Part shown: in pieces, positions 1-12,467 of the stretch
How the letters are laid out: each line of letters begins with the position of its first letter
Position numbering within the stretch: the stretch's first letter is position 1
Notes under the pieces: generated by a model
Told to the model about the DNA's origin: nothing
The model's database searches: none
What the model saw: the letters and a program-made list of their open reading frames with translations, nothing else
Origin: Octopus sinensis
Taxonomy: Eukaryota
Length of the DNA stretch: 64,000 nt
NCBI RefSeq assembly: GCF_006345805.1
Contig: NC_043015.1
Location: 6,944,001-7,008,000, forward strand
Direction: 5' to 3'
Program-made: the position numbers and the translations under genes

Positions 1-3
1 CCC

Positions 4-4
<1 letters not shown>

Positions 5-37
<33 letters not shown>

Positions 38-63
38 CGATAGATAGATAGATAGATAGATAA
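5..63. repeat. Inverted microsatellite (TATC)n-TC-(GATA)n at the 3' flank of the Tx1 element
   Basis: ttatctatc...tatc (5-36), tc, then gatagata...gataa (39-63); the two arms are reverse complements. Confidence 0.9.
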
Positions 64-365
64 CTTTCTTTTATTAGCCACACAGGGCTGAATACAGAGG
101 GGACAAATACAAATGCAGAGCTTTTCTTTTCGAGGGTGGAAAAAAATAAAAAATGTAAGATTGCGATCAAAAGGGATCGAAAGGAGGAAAAAAAAGGAAA
201 AAAAAGAAAATCGTGTATCACAGAAATAATGGTGTAAACATTGATATAACAAGATTGGGTTCATCCGTGGGAAGAAAAGCCTACAGAAAAGACCACGGGA
301 ACCCCAGTCAGGGAGGAAATAAACACATGAGGTCAAAAATGCTCTCTTTCTTTCTTTTTTACGAT

Positions 366-3300
366 CTACAGGATCATGCTCAAAATGGTTTCGTTACTAG
401 CACGCACCATCTTTGCAACATTCACCCATCTTTTTTTGAATCTTTCGCGAGACAAAACTTCCCTCTCCATTCTCACCTTCCTTTTCAAGTGGTACTTGAA
501 AAAGTTGATGAGCGATTGGCCAGAGAGGTAAGTGTTTGTCTCTAATCCTTTCGCTCGAGTCCACCACACACATTCTTTCACCATGGCCACCAGTACGATG
601 AAAACTGCCTTGCCTTCCGGTTGAGGGAAGGGGGCGGAGCAATTCTCACGATAGACTCGGCCGATAGGCGGATTCGTCCCACACGTGACAGCAGCCGTTC
701 GGCATAAGCCCACAGGTCGGAAATGGTTGGACATTGCACGAGTGCGTGCAGAACGGTTTCGTCGCTCTGACCGCATCTCGGGCAAGTCGGTCCAGTGTGT
801 CTGGAACCGTGTCTGTAGAGCTTATCCCGAACAGGTAATGCTTCTCGATAGCACTGCCAGGCCAGGGATCTTTGGTGATTGTTCATAGGTCCCGGCCCGA
901 AAGTTGTCCTGAACAGGCGGGTCAGGTGTTCCTCGTCGACGCCCAGACTCTGCCCGAGTTCGTCGTCGCACCTCCCCTCCTCTAATCCTCTATAGAATGC
1001 CTTTGTTGTGATGGAGTCGCACAAGTTCGATCCCGGACGGCAGAGTTGCTTGAGAGCAACGCGACACTCGCGGTGCCATTCGCCTAGCCTCGGTCTCTGC
1101 TTGATCCATGACTGTAGTTCGTCCAAGGAGACGAGCTGCGGGAAAGCGCGCCGCACAAAAGGCGACCACCCCTGTTCACCGTTGTCTATGAAGCGCCGGA
1201 GATGTCGCAGTCTCAGCGCATGTCTGCGCATCATCAACCACGGCATGCCCAGCCCTCCATTTAGCGGGTGTTGGCAGCAAATGGATCGCCTAACCATCGG
1301 AACGTTTCCCTTCCACAAGAAGCGGAAGAGTATGGGTTCCAGTTTGGTGATGGTAGGGTCGGGACAAGGCACGACGGTCAGACGATACTCGATGACGGAT
1401 GCGATGTACGCGTTCGCCACCTCCGCCCGACCTTTTAGGGATAGCTTTCTCTCAGTCCATTTCTGGGTGAGAGTAGCCACCCTAGTCGTTATCTCGCCCC
1501 AGTTCTTCTCCATTTGGAGGTCCGGACCGAACCAGACCCCGAGCAATTTAACCGGTCCGTCCGTCCAGCGTCCCACGATGGAGACGCTGTTGGACGGCAT
1601 GGGCTTGCTTCTCCAGGTGCCGAGCCGCAAGCCCACTGACTTTTCCCGGTTAATTTTTGCTCCCGTTACCGCTTCGTATTCTTTCAGTGTCTCGCCGACC
1701 AGCTCGATGTGCTCGTAGCTCGACACTATTACGGTGACGTCATCCGCGTATGCAGACACGCTCCTCCCGCATCCCAGCTCTCGTGGGATGCCCCTCAGCG
1801 TCGCCAGTTTCCGCAGTAGTGGCTCAAGAGTCAGTACATACAGCAGCGATGAGAGGGGGCATCCCTGACGAACCGAACGCATGATGTTAAAAGGTCTGGA
1901 TAGATGACCATTTACGCGAACTACTGAGCGGATGCCGCTGTATAAGGCAGCGATCCAACCGCGGAAAACTGGACCGAAACCAGCCGCTTTGAGGGCAGCC
2001 TCCAAGTAGTGATGGTCTACCCTATCGAAGGCTTTTGATTGATCCAAATTGATCAGCGCCCCACCCATGCCAGGATTTTTAACTACCCTGTCTATGATGT
2101 AGCGCATCAGGTGGAGGTTGTCATGAATACTTCTACCCGGCACGGCGCATGTTTGCGCCTTGTCGATTAGTTTCTTGATGACAAGCGCCAACCTCTCGGC
2201 TAACACCTTGGCCAAAATTTTCAAATCTGCGTTGAGCAGAGTGATGGGCCTGAAATTATCTATGGCGTCCCCCTTGTTTGGGTCTTTCTTGATCAGTGCC
2301 ACTGCTCCTCGCTTTACAAAAGCAGGAATACTCCCGTTCTGCTGCCAGTTGCAGTAGACAGCTGCCAAGACGCCTCCAAACAAGTCTGGCATATGAAAAT
2401 AAAATTCGTAGGGCAGACCATCCAAGCCTGGTGACTTGTCTCTCGCGCAGCCTACCATCGCATCCTGTACGTCCGCAGCTGTGATAGGCTTTTCACAAGA
2501 CTCCACCTCCCTTGCTGAGAGTCGTGGCAAGGCATGCAGGTAGGCACTAAAGTCCACTCTGCTTTCTGACTCACCACTTGTCCCAAACAGTTGGGTGAAG
2601 TGTTGTTGAAAAACCCCACACATCCTTTTAGGCTCGAGCAATTCGCGCCCCTGTTCATCTATAAGAGACTTGATGGTGGCTCTGTTGCCTCGTTGCGTCT
2701 CCACCACTCGGGCCTCTTGGGCGGCTCCAACTCCTTCGTTCCTCAGAGCACGCATCCTAGCTCTGACAACGCATCCTTCGTGTTTGGCGTTGAGGTGTTG
2801 GTCGAGGGCCAATCTCGCCGCCAGTACGTTGGACGCGATGCCAGTTCTAAGTGCCTCTTCTAAAACCTTAACTAAATCTCCCTCTATTCTATTTCGGTCT
2901 AATGCTAGGGCTCTACTGTATCTGACTGATTCTGCTTTAATCGCTTTTTTTAGGGCATACCACCATCTGTTGTTGATGATGGTACCCGTCAAAGCTCTCT
3001 TAACTAATGTGCTGATCCGGTCCCTGTAAACCTGTCGTGCTGTAAAAGACGCGTTCAGTTTCCAGTAACCAGGACCCTGCCTATGTGTCTTATCTAAGTC
3101 AAGTGTACAAGTCACAAACTTGTGATCTGTGTAACTGACTATATGAAATTGTGGACAACCTACACTATTTTTATCTATTGTCCTACAGAAAACTCTAAGT
3201 ATGATCTGGACGACCCGATGCGGTTACTCCATGTCCACATTGGCACATTCGGGTGGTCCAGTCGGTACCTGTCAGACAGTTGGAAACGTCTGAGCAGGTC

Positions 3301-3425
3301 TTTGAGGCATTTGCATCCCCTTCTATTGCTATCTCTGCCCACGTAGTCTAGATGCGTGTCCAGGGTGGCATTCCAATCCCCATACTAAAAGTAAAGGACG
3401 AGACGTTCCCATGAAAGACTCTAGA
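366..3425 (-). pseudogene. Full surviving extent of Tx1 ORF2 with three apparent frameshifts (~619, ~3195, ~3385)
   Basis: Frame-hopping gives APE motifs (G)DWNATLD, WTWSN, SYL(D)RVF, YTDHKFV upstream of the long ORF; the C-terminus EGKAVFIVLVAM...SMIL* (ORF 366..785) matches copy 2. Confidence 0.85.
578..3115 (-). CDS. Uninterrupted 845-aa part of Tx1 ORF2 (reverse transcriptase + CCHC knuckle)
   Basis: Motifs GPGYWKLN, KSPGLDGLPYEFY, NFRPITLLNADLKILAK, LDQSKAFDRV, SVRQGCPLS, AYADDV, LLGVWF, CPRCGQSDETVLHALVQC. Confidence 0.93.
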   Translation of the reverse strand: MTCTLDLDKTHRQGPGYWKLNASFTARQVYRDRISTLVKRALTGTIINNRWWYALKKAIKAESVRYSRALALDRNRIEGDLVKVLEEALRTGIASNVLAARLALDQHLNAKHEGCVVRARMRALRNEGVGAAQEARVVETQRGNRATIKSLIDEQGRELLEPKRMCGVFQQHFTQLFGTSGESESRVDFSAYLHALPRLSAREVESCEKPITAADVQDAMVGCARDKSPGLDGLPYEFYFHMPDLFGGVLAAVYCNWQQNGSIPAFVKRGAVALIKKDPNKGDAIDNFRPITLLNADLKILAKVLAERLALVIKKLIDKAQTCAVPGRSIHDNLHLMRYIIDRVVKNPGMGGALINLDQSKAFDRVDHHYLEAALKAAGFGPVFRGWIAALYSGIRSVVRVNGHLSRPFNIMRSVRQGCPLSSLLYVLTLEPLLRKLATLRGIPRELGCGRSVSAYADDVTVIVSSYEHIELVGETLKEYEAVTGAKINREKSVGLRLGTWRSKPMPSNSVSIVGRWTDGPVKLLGVWFGPDLQMEKNWGEITTRVATLTQKWTERKLSLKGRAEVANAYIASVIEYRLTVVPCPDPTITKLEPILFRFLWKGNVPMVRRSICCQHPLNGGLGMPWLMMRRHALRLRHLRRFIDNGEQGWSPFVRRAFPQLVSLDELQSWIKQRPRLGEWHRECRVALKQLCRPGSNLCDSITTKAFYRGLEEGRCDDELGQSLGVDEEHLTRLFRTTFGPGPMNNHQRSLAWQCYREALPVRDKLYRHGSRHTGPTCPRCGQSDETVLHALVQCPTISDLWAYAERLLSRVGRIRLSAESIVRIAPPPSLNRKARQFSSYWWPW

Positions 3426-3429
3426 CGTC

Positions 3430-3718
<289 letters not shown>

Positions 3719-4129
3719 CCAGATATTCATACCATGTGTAAACATATTGAAGAAATGCAACTTATGTGTAACTGAAAGATCATAGGTTCATTTTAGATTC
3801 AAGAATTCGACCAACTGCTTAATTTCAGATCTGATATTTTCTGTAAATGTCAGCATAGATACAAATTTCTCTCCGGACTTAGTACTCTTTTCTGTTGACT
3901 TATTTTATGGTTAGTTTATAGCTTTCATGATAAAGTGAACGTAATTGTGGTTTTCTTTGTTTTATTCACCGTTCTATTCACTTCTTTATTCACTTCTTGC
4001 ATCAATCTTAAATCTCGTTTCCTCACATGGCTTCTTATAGTTCAGCGTCCGTATTTTCAAATAGAACAAAGCATGAGTTCAAGGCTTGAGGATTGCTTGT
4101 CGACACAAGGCACATTAAAAAAAAAAACA

Positions 4130-4500
4130 AGCTATATATATATATATATATATTTACACATATGTATATATACATGTATATATACATTTACATACTATTG
4201 GATTTTACTGATAAGGTATTGGAATCTTTCATTGTGTATAATCTCTATACTTAGAATGAACAATTTGAAATACTGTTGGATTTATCTCATAAGTTATTGG
4301 AATCCTACATATATCCCATTCTGCCTATAAAATGGATCTACAAATTCAATATCCTTACATATCTCTCATCTATTTTCTTTCCTCCACCTCATTCTCTCGT
4401 CTCCGATGAAGGGATATAATTAATAACTATCCTGGAAACAGCTGTAAGACCTTCTATCTATAAAGTTCTAAAATCTACACAGCATTGTTTTTTTATCTCA
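4130..4500 (+). mobile_element. Probable Penelope-like pLTR remnant
   Basis: Contains a minimal hammerhead motif with palindromic stem III and lies between microsatellites; boundaries uncertain. Confidence 0.5.
4399..4450 (+). ncRNA. Minimal type I hammerhead ribozyme motif (U4->C in this copy)
   Basis: GTCT | CCGATGA A | GGGATA-loop-TATCCT G | GAA ACAGCTGT A | AGAC: stem I GTCT/AGAC, palindromic stem III ACAGCTGT, GUA cleavage triplet. Confidence 0.7.
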
Positions 4501-4514
4501 TTACGCAAAAAATT

Positions 4515-4566
4515 CACACACACACACACACACACACACCATATATATACACATGTATATATACAA

Positions 4567-4597
<31 letters not shown>

Positions 4598-4879
4598 CAT
4601 GTATATACACAAATACACACACACATATATATGTATATATACAAATACACAAACTCATACATATAAATATATATATATATACATGTATATATACAAATAC
4701 ACACACACATATATATATGTATGTATGTGTATGTAAGTATGTGTCTATATACGTTTGCATATATTTACATGTATATATAGAGAGAGGGGCATATAGATTT
4801 ATAGATACTTGTATATTTTATCTATCCATCTAATTACATTTATATATATACATGCATACATTTATATATATATATACGC

Positions 4880-4923
<44 letters not shown>

Positions 4924-5010
4924 GCATGTAAATATACATACATACAAACATGTATATATACATATGTCTGTGTTTGTGTATACTTTCATGTATACATGCA
5001 TACACACATA
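4515..5010. repeat. Compound (CA)n/(TA)n/(TACA)n microsatellite
   Basis: Direct reading. Confidence 0.9.
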
Positions 5011-5804
5011 CATCGTATAAATGAAAGCAGTCACAGACGCATACTCATTCACACAGATCGGTAGATATGCAAATTATTTCGTTTCAGATGTATTCCTTTG
5101 TTCAAAGCTGCCTCTAACTCAACATATATTTATTTTGCAAGAAATCCCTGTCGATTCCGTTAAAGTCCAAATAAGATTTATTTATTGTTCAAATACTTGT
5201 TGTATCTACCAGAGGAAATAAGCAATTTGTTTATTGAGGCAGTTGCGATTTTTCAATAAATCATAGAATTAACAATGGACAAGTGCAATATCTACTCTGT
5301 TATATTACAGCTGGATTCTTGTTTTCGCAGTGGTTCTAGGACTTGCGTTTTCTTTTTTCTAATAATGCTGTTTCGTATTTCCAGCGACTTACTTGGCACT
5401 TGTTCTTGTATGTTGCTATTGTCATTTGTTAATATCGTTGTCTTAGTTGATGTTTCTTTTTAAAATTATTGTTGTTGTTCTTCTTCTTCTTGTTAATGTT
5501 GTTATTTCTCGTTTGCTATTTATTATTTTTGTTTTCCCTTTGAATTCATCTACTTCTTTCTAGAGTTGTCATCATCATCATCCCTGTCATCATTGTTACA
5601 AACACCACCAGTACCACCATCGCTTCGCCGCCACCATCACCACCACCATTATTGCTACGGCTGCTGCTGTTGTTCCTAGAACCACTACTAATATACGATT
5701 ATTATTATTATTATCATCATCATCATCATCTCAGTTTTTCATTTCTTACTTTCTTCCTTCTTTTCTTCTCTTCGACTTCTGTTTTCTTTTGTGTCATTGT
5801 CTTG

Positions 5805-5888
5805 ATAATAATAATAATAATAATAGTAGTAATAAAAATAATAATAATAATAATGATAATAATAAAAATAATAATAATAATAATGATA

Positions 5889-5925
<37 letters not shown>

Positions 5926-6005
5926 TAGTAATAATAATAATAATGATAATGATAATAAAAATATTAATGATAATAATAATGATAACAACAACAATAATAA
6001 ATAAT
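5805..6005. repeat. (AAT)n microsatellite with variants
   Basis: Direct reading; source of the poly-N/I/L pseudo-ORFs. Confidence 0.95.
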
Positions 6006-6808
6006 GTAACAGCAACAACAACAGCGGCAAGAACAAAAACAACTTTGATTTCTTTGTTTTATACAAATTGGTTTCTTTTTCTTCGTGCGTTTTTTTTTTT
6101 GCAACTTTTGTTTTTACGTTTCAAGAAACAAAGACAGTCAAAATATTGATATGAGATTTGACATGAAAATATGAAAAGCTTGGCACATATGATAAAGTTA
6201 TTGTTGTCAATGTTTATGTCTTCGTGGTTTGTTTATATGTTGGTGTGAGTATATGATGTCGTTTGAATTTTAATGCTTTGTAGTGCCGAGATGTTTTGAT
6301 GAACTTGTTGATAGTACACACGAAAACAACCAAATGCGTCAGCAGTCCATAATATATCACAAGTACTAGTATTTTTCAGTGTCCAAAACTGGCTAGTTAA
6401 CTGTCATCTTCTAATAAATTTAACAGCTAGTAGGCAAGTTAACGTGTTGGCTTCCCATTGTTTTAAGCAAGAGGCGTAAACGTTAAACCGAAAATAGTAG
6501 AGCTTGGATGAATTAACGTTTCTTCTCCAAATATAGGAGTTGCTATGTTGTTACAAAGTTAAACTCACATTCATGATTCACAGTTCGATCTCACAATTTA
6601 TCACTGTCCTCTACCTTAGTCTCATGGATAATGTAGGGAGAGAGAAATGATTTGGATACCCCTCTGATTGTACTTGCTCTTAAGTAATATCGTTAATCTA
6701 TGTCCCGCTTAGATACCCCCACCTTGAACTTTTGTATTGTGACGGATTCAGCAATAGCGTAAGTTGTCGAACAACCATTTATGTCTGAGAATACTACCAC
6801 ACGTTTCT

Positions 6809-7040
6809 TATTTCTTTATTGACTAGAAGGGGCTAAACATAGAAGGGACAAACAAGCACAGACAAAGGGATTAAGACGACTACATCAACCCCAGTGCGTA
6901 ACTGGTACTTAATTTATCGACCCCGAAAAGATGAAAGGCAAAGTCGACCTCGGCGGAATTTGAACTCAGAACGTAACGACAGACGAAATACTGCTAAGCA
7001 TTTCGCCCGGCGTGCTAACGTATCTGCCAGCTCACCGCCT
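6809..7040 (-). mobile_element. tRNA-derived SINE, family A (Tx1-like 3' tail), full length
   Basis: Head GGCGGTGAGCTGGCAGA, B-box GAGTTCAAATTCC, core GGTCGACTTTGCCTTTCATC; probable TSD taccacacgtttct (6795-6808) / taccacaagtttct (7043-7056). Confidence 0.9.
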
Positions 7041-9274
7041 TGTACCACAAGTTTCTATTGTGGAAATCAATGACAAATAGTTTCTTTCTATTTACCTGTA
7101 TCAATCACTATAGTATAAAAGTCTACGCGAAGGTTATGTACAATGCTATTTTTCTCATCAGCCTAATGAATAAACAACAATGTCTGGATACAAATCCCAC
7201 TCTTCAGCTATTCGTATGTGTGTTACAGTTAGTGTTTTATAAAATTTTGACTAATGCCTGAACGCGCTATTTATGAACGAGTAAGTATGCAGTGTATATC
7301 GGTTATCAAGCTTTTCTCAGTCAACCGATATATGCATTTTCCATGCCTAGTACTCAATTTACACCGGCTTTGCATATAGGTTTTTGGAAAGGTACATTTT
7401 TATCTATTTATTTATTCATCTATTTATGTAATTACTTATTTTTGCTTTGTGTTTTCCGATAATGTGGCATTGTGTTTCATTGTTTTATTTAGCTACTGTT
7501 CCTCAGGTTTCTGGATATATGCTATTCCTCTCTTTTGTCATTATTGCGAAAATGCGTGACAGCAGGGATATTATAACAAAGGAACATAAGCAACGGACAT
7601 AGATTAAATATTGTTGCAAGCCATGCTTAATCTCTATCCATTGACTTTTATCTACTTTCATTATTTTGCAGTTTCCATTTCAATTTAGTTTGTATCTTCT
7701 CTACAAAATCCTCCTACGATTGATACAACTTAATGTTGTTGCAGTTGTTGTTTAAGTATGTCACCTCTGATATACACGTGATATGATCAAAAGCCTTATA
7801 CATGTGACCAATTCGCCTTATCAGATACAATACATCTACGAATGCATTGTACATATTTTTTTTTCTTTTCGTTTCCTTTTTAACAGTAATATATGATTTA
7901 CAGAGTTTACAATGTCACACTTTTAACACTCAACACTCAGCAAATACTGATAGATCCATGCTTATTCATATTTTAGGATTGGTCTTCAATTATTTTAACC
8001 ACGTACAGCCATGTCAGAGCAATCATGTTTCTCATCTTTCCAGTTTATCTTGTTTCAAAACGGAAAAAAATATTATCCCTCTAATACTTCTTGGAAACTT
8101 ACGTTTTGTATTATTTTCCTGTCTTAAAGTATTAGATTTCAGGGGAAGCAAAATGTCAAAAATATCTTTTAAATCTACATTGGTACGAGAATGAATATCA
8201 TCCTACACAAATTCCTTTATCAAATGAATGCTTGAAGGCAAGTCTGTCTTATTTGATTTCAATAATGTACATCAACCGGTGCTATAATATTCATGTTTTC
8301 CCAAGAATATCAATGAGTTAATGAAATAACAGAAAACGAAATAGCATCATTCTTGACTCGAACCAAGCTCGGAGGATTTAATTACCGCAGAACTAAAACC
8401 AATTAAATGTACTCTGCTCAATTCAACTTTTTCATATATATTTAGAATGAAAAGAAAAAACAAACAGCGTTTTTTTGTTTTTGTTTTTTCAACATATATT
8501 ACTCTGCTGGGAAGATGCCGGCTTTAATAGTATGATACAGAATCTTGTGAGACAATATCGTTTCATTTCAACAGAATCTTAGTGAAGATGCGCTGGATTA
8601 ATCAAAAGGAAAGAAAATGACAACTCAACGTAAAACAGAATTAACGATAGCAACAATAAAAATCGTATTTTTTTTTCTCTTTAAATAACAAAAAATATGA
8701 AACCGGAATGTTAATTAAATTAGTGGAGAATTTTTTGAACTTAGTCAGACTATAAATTCAACGGATTAGCCAAAAGGAAAGAAAAATATATATGAAGCAA
8801 AATAAAGCAAGTGAATTTATTGTCTATCATTGTTGAAACCAGTTTGATAAGAAAGACAGATAACGATGAAAAAAGAGAGATAACTGAAAATAATTTCAAT
8901 ACTATAAAGTAAACTTGAAAAACACAAAAAATAAACATGGATATATAAAAGAATCAGCTGTTTTCTTTAGAACCATTATTTTCTTGATAAAAGGCCACAT
9001 ACAGACTTACTGACAAACTCAAACATATTTAGTCATACACATATGAAAGCATATACACTAAGAGAAGCAAAAAAGAAAAAAAAAAGAACAAAAGAACCAA
9101 AGAACCAAAGCAAAGAAAACAAATGAGTCTGTTTCCTATAGCGAATGATATGCTTGCGGTGGATGTCTGAAATTTGATAAGCAAATCATTACACTGGCGA
9201 AATTTGTCTGTCGAGAACTTTAGTTTAATTATTTGTCGGTGTTGTTATGTTGATATTTTATGTTAATTTTTATC

Positions 9275-9306
<32 letters not shown>

Positions 9307-9439
9307 TATATATAATATATATATATATATGTATATATATATGTATGTATATATTTGTGTGCATGTGTGTGTTTGGATGTATGTAAATATGCATGTATAT
9401 ATATATATGTAACTATATGCATGTATGTAAAATCGTATG

Positions 9440-9470
<31 letters not shown>

Positions 9471-9664
9471 ATATGTATGCATGTATGTAAATATATATGT
9501 GTGTATATGTGTGTATATATATATATGTATATATATGTGTGTGAATGTATATGTATATGTATATGTGCGTGAATATATATATGTATATATATATATATAT
9601 ATATATGCGTGTGTATATATATATATATATATATGTATATATTTATATGTATGTGTATATATAC

Positions 9665-9695
<31 letters not shown>

Positions 9696-9730
9696 CATGT
9701 ACACATATATGCTTGTGTGTGTGTATATAT
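9275..9730. repeat. Compound (TA)n/(TG)n/(GATA)n microsatellite
   Basis: Direct reading. Confidence 0.9.
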
Positions 9731-10512
9731 GTAAACCTATTATTTTTTTGCGTTTATCTGGGGAAAACAAAACAAGCGAAAACAAAGACAAATAACACCT
9801 CGCGGTTAGAACTCTATTTCACTGATCTTATCAAAACCTATTTCACTTTCAGGAATAAATACGGAAGCATAAACTTTAATCTTTAATTCAAATTCCTGAT
9901 CATGATATATTTAGATGTTATCTAAATATAAATCAGGATTTTTTTTCTCTTCCTAAGAAGAGAAATTTTATGAAGCAGGCGAAATATTTTTGGTTGAATT
10001 ATCACAAAAGTAGATGTTGAGGAATCTTCTAATAAGATGCATGTACTTGTTGTTGCATAGTCTTAACTCTTGCAGAACGATTTACAATTGGATGTAAATC
10101 GTTCCAATAAGGTAAGCACCGCTAACCGTTGAGATGTTTGAATGTGTTTAACATGGAGGGAAATTCTGCTGTTTAATCTTCGAAATATAACACGTGATCA
10201 GAAGCATATCTTAGATTTAAGTGTGCTGATTCAGGAAGTCGAAAGAAAATTTGTGGTCTGAGGCTTAGCTCAGGAGTTTATATCAAGTGTCGTTTAAGAA
10301 CGTTGAATTCAGCAGTAGTCTAACGAAACACTGAATTATATAAACGTTGACAAAATACAGGCTACTATTTCCATACACAGGTGCAATTACTTTGGACCAG
10401 CTGCACTGAAATACATTAACACACACCCATGTATTTCTGTGATGCATTGCATTAAGTTTCATGTGCAGAAATTGCTACCTGTTCAATAATATTTTGGCGA
10501 ATGGTTGCTTAC

Positions 10513-10565
10513 TTGAAGTTTACAGACTGCCGATTCTCGGGTCCTGAGATCGTGTATATATACAG
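10513..10565 (-). CDS. Putative 53-nt host exon, xVYIHDLRTRESAVCKLQ (WD40-like)
   Basis: Acceptor tttaacatttggcttgcctcAG, donor CAA|GTAAGC; one frame resembles the WD40 VxIxDLR motif; no partner exons confirmed. Confidence 0.35.
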
Positions 10566-10869
10566 CTGAGGCAAGCCAAATGTTAAATTCGAAAAAATAT
10601 AATCTAAGTTTCGATTCCATTACGTGGCTTCTTTGACTATCATTAATCTGTTACAGATATATAGCGACCAAATGTAAATCGTAAAAATATATCTACCCAG
10701 TATCTTTCTGAATATGGATAAACTGATGTAATATCAAGAGACATAGAAATACATGCAAATGTGTATATATATATAGATAAATCTTGAGGGAATGTTCACT
10801 GTATTTCGTATTGTATATATACAAGATCTCGAATCTCTTTTAGCTCTGAGATATATACCTAAATATACC

Positions 10870-11028
10870 TTTCTACCATAGGCACTAAGCCTGAAATTGG
10901 GGGAGGGGGATATTCAATTACATCGACATCGTTGTTTCACTGGTACTTCATTTATCGACCCCGAAGGGTGGAAAGACAAATTCGATTACGGCGAAATTTG
11001 AACTCAGAACGTAGCGGCAGACGAAATA
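10870..11028 (-). mobile_element. 5'-truncated SINE, family B (same core as A, different tail)
   Basis: Core as family A; tail AATTTCAGGCTTAGTGCCTATGGTAGAAAG. Confidence 0.75.
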
Positions 11029-11030
11029 CA

Positions 11031-11261
11031 TATTTCTTTACTATCCACAAGGGGCTAAACACAGAGAGGACAAACAAGGACAGACAAACAGATTAAGTCG
11101 ATTATATCCATCCTAGTGCGTAACTGGTACTTATTTAATCGACCCCGAAAGGATGAAAGGCAAAGTCGACCTCGGCGAAATTTGAACTCATAACGTAGCG
11201 GCAGACGAAATACCGATTAGCTTTTCTCCCGGCGTGCTAACGATTCTACCAACTCGCCGCT
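11031..11261 (-). mobile_element. SINE family A, full length, directly upstream of the family-B piece
   Basis: Head GCGGCGAGTTGGTAGAA, shared core, tail TTAGCCCCTTGTGGATAGTAAAGAAATA. Confidence 0.88.
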
Positions 11262-11469
11262 TTAGCTATATACCTGGGTAATGAAAGAAGACCCTTACGC
11301 ACTGACACAGACTGTCAGAAAAGCACACTCATGGATATCTGCACAAATGTACACACACAAGTAACACAGAAACTGTACACATGCTTACACACAAACATCA
11401 TTCTGTAACTTTCATGTGCATTGAATTTCATGTACACGAACAGAGATCGTGTGTATACTGATAACTAAT

Positions 11470-11640
11470 AAGTTGTTTTTCTTTTTTTCTTTTGTGTTTT
11501 TTTCTTTTTTTCCTCTTTTACGATCCCTTTCGATCGAAAACCTACCCCACTTTTTTTTCTCCCCCAAAAGAAAAGCTCTACTTTGTAATCCGTCCCGTCT
11601 GTGTGCAGCCCTGTGTGGCTAATAAAGAAACATATCTTAT
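11470..11640 (+). mobile_element. 3'-UTR fragment of a Tx1-family element
   Basis: cgatccctttcgatcg...aaaagaaaagctct...cagccctgtgtggctaataaagaaa matches the reverse complement of 62-200. Confidence 0.8.
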
Positions 11641-12412
11641 ACAGATACCAGACTTTTTTCATAAACCGCATATGTATTCTCTACTATCGTGGCTAGATTG
11701 AGTAGAATAAAAGTCTGAAATTATGTACAGGTCTATTGTTCCATCTGATCGTTTTCTCCACATGCTTTAATTCAAAATATTGCTCGTGAGCAAGATAATT
11801 CATAACTCCTATTTTACATTGAAATAAATATCGTTTCATTGAATAACTTATGATTAGTTAAGGCTGTGATGCTAAACGTACCATTAATTCCACCCGGCCG
11901 TTTCTCAAACAAACGGCAGATATTAATATAGAAGCATAGATGCACACATATGCACATAACAAATACGAATACATACACGCATATATACTCATACATACAT
12001 ACATACACACATGCAGATGCATAAGTATGCATGTGTATAAAACTTGATTTCGATGTGTAATTCTTGACGAAAGGAAGTCTTTAGAATATTGATGTCTTCA
12101 AGAGATTAAGTTACTGTTTCTTCTTAGAACGTTATAGAAATGATGTTGAGAAGCATATCAGCAAATCTACATTCTCTAAATAACAAACTTCTTTTGGTAT
12201 ACGCTGTATATACGACAAGACAATAACTTCCGATAAAAGACATATACAGACAAGTTGACATTCTGATCAAATGATATTTGGATATTTGCTAATATTGTTT
12301 TCTTGCATCGTAAGTTCGAAAATTTTGTGGTATTATTTTTTCCAGGAACAAAAGGATCTCCTTCGGTTTCTACAATGATTGAATGTTTCTTTGTTCGATC
12401 GACTGAATATAT

Positions 12413-12467
<55 letters not shown>

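Noticed and set aside
1-10. Telomeric repeat at the window start (ccctta)
   Set aside because: A single non-repeated hexamer, not (CCCTAA)n
1008-1718. 236-aa plus-strand ORF and other plus-strand ORFs over 213-3346
   Set aside because: Antisense shadows of the GC-richer Tx1 ORF2; no recognisable motifs
5652-6149. Poly-I/N/L ORFs
   Set aside because: (AAT)n repeat translation
12176-12410. Minus-strand frame DRTKKHSIIVETEGDPFVPGKNNTT...
   Set aside because: The acceptor lies in a (TA)n tract, there is no convincing donor and no recognisable domain
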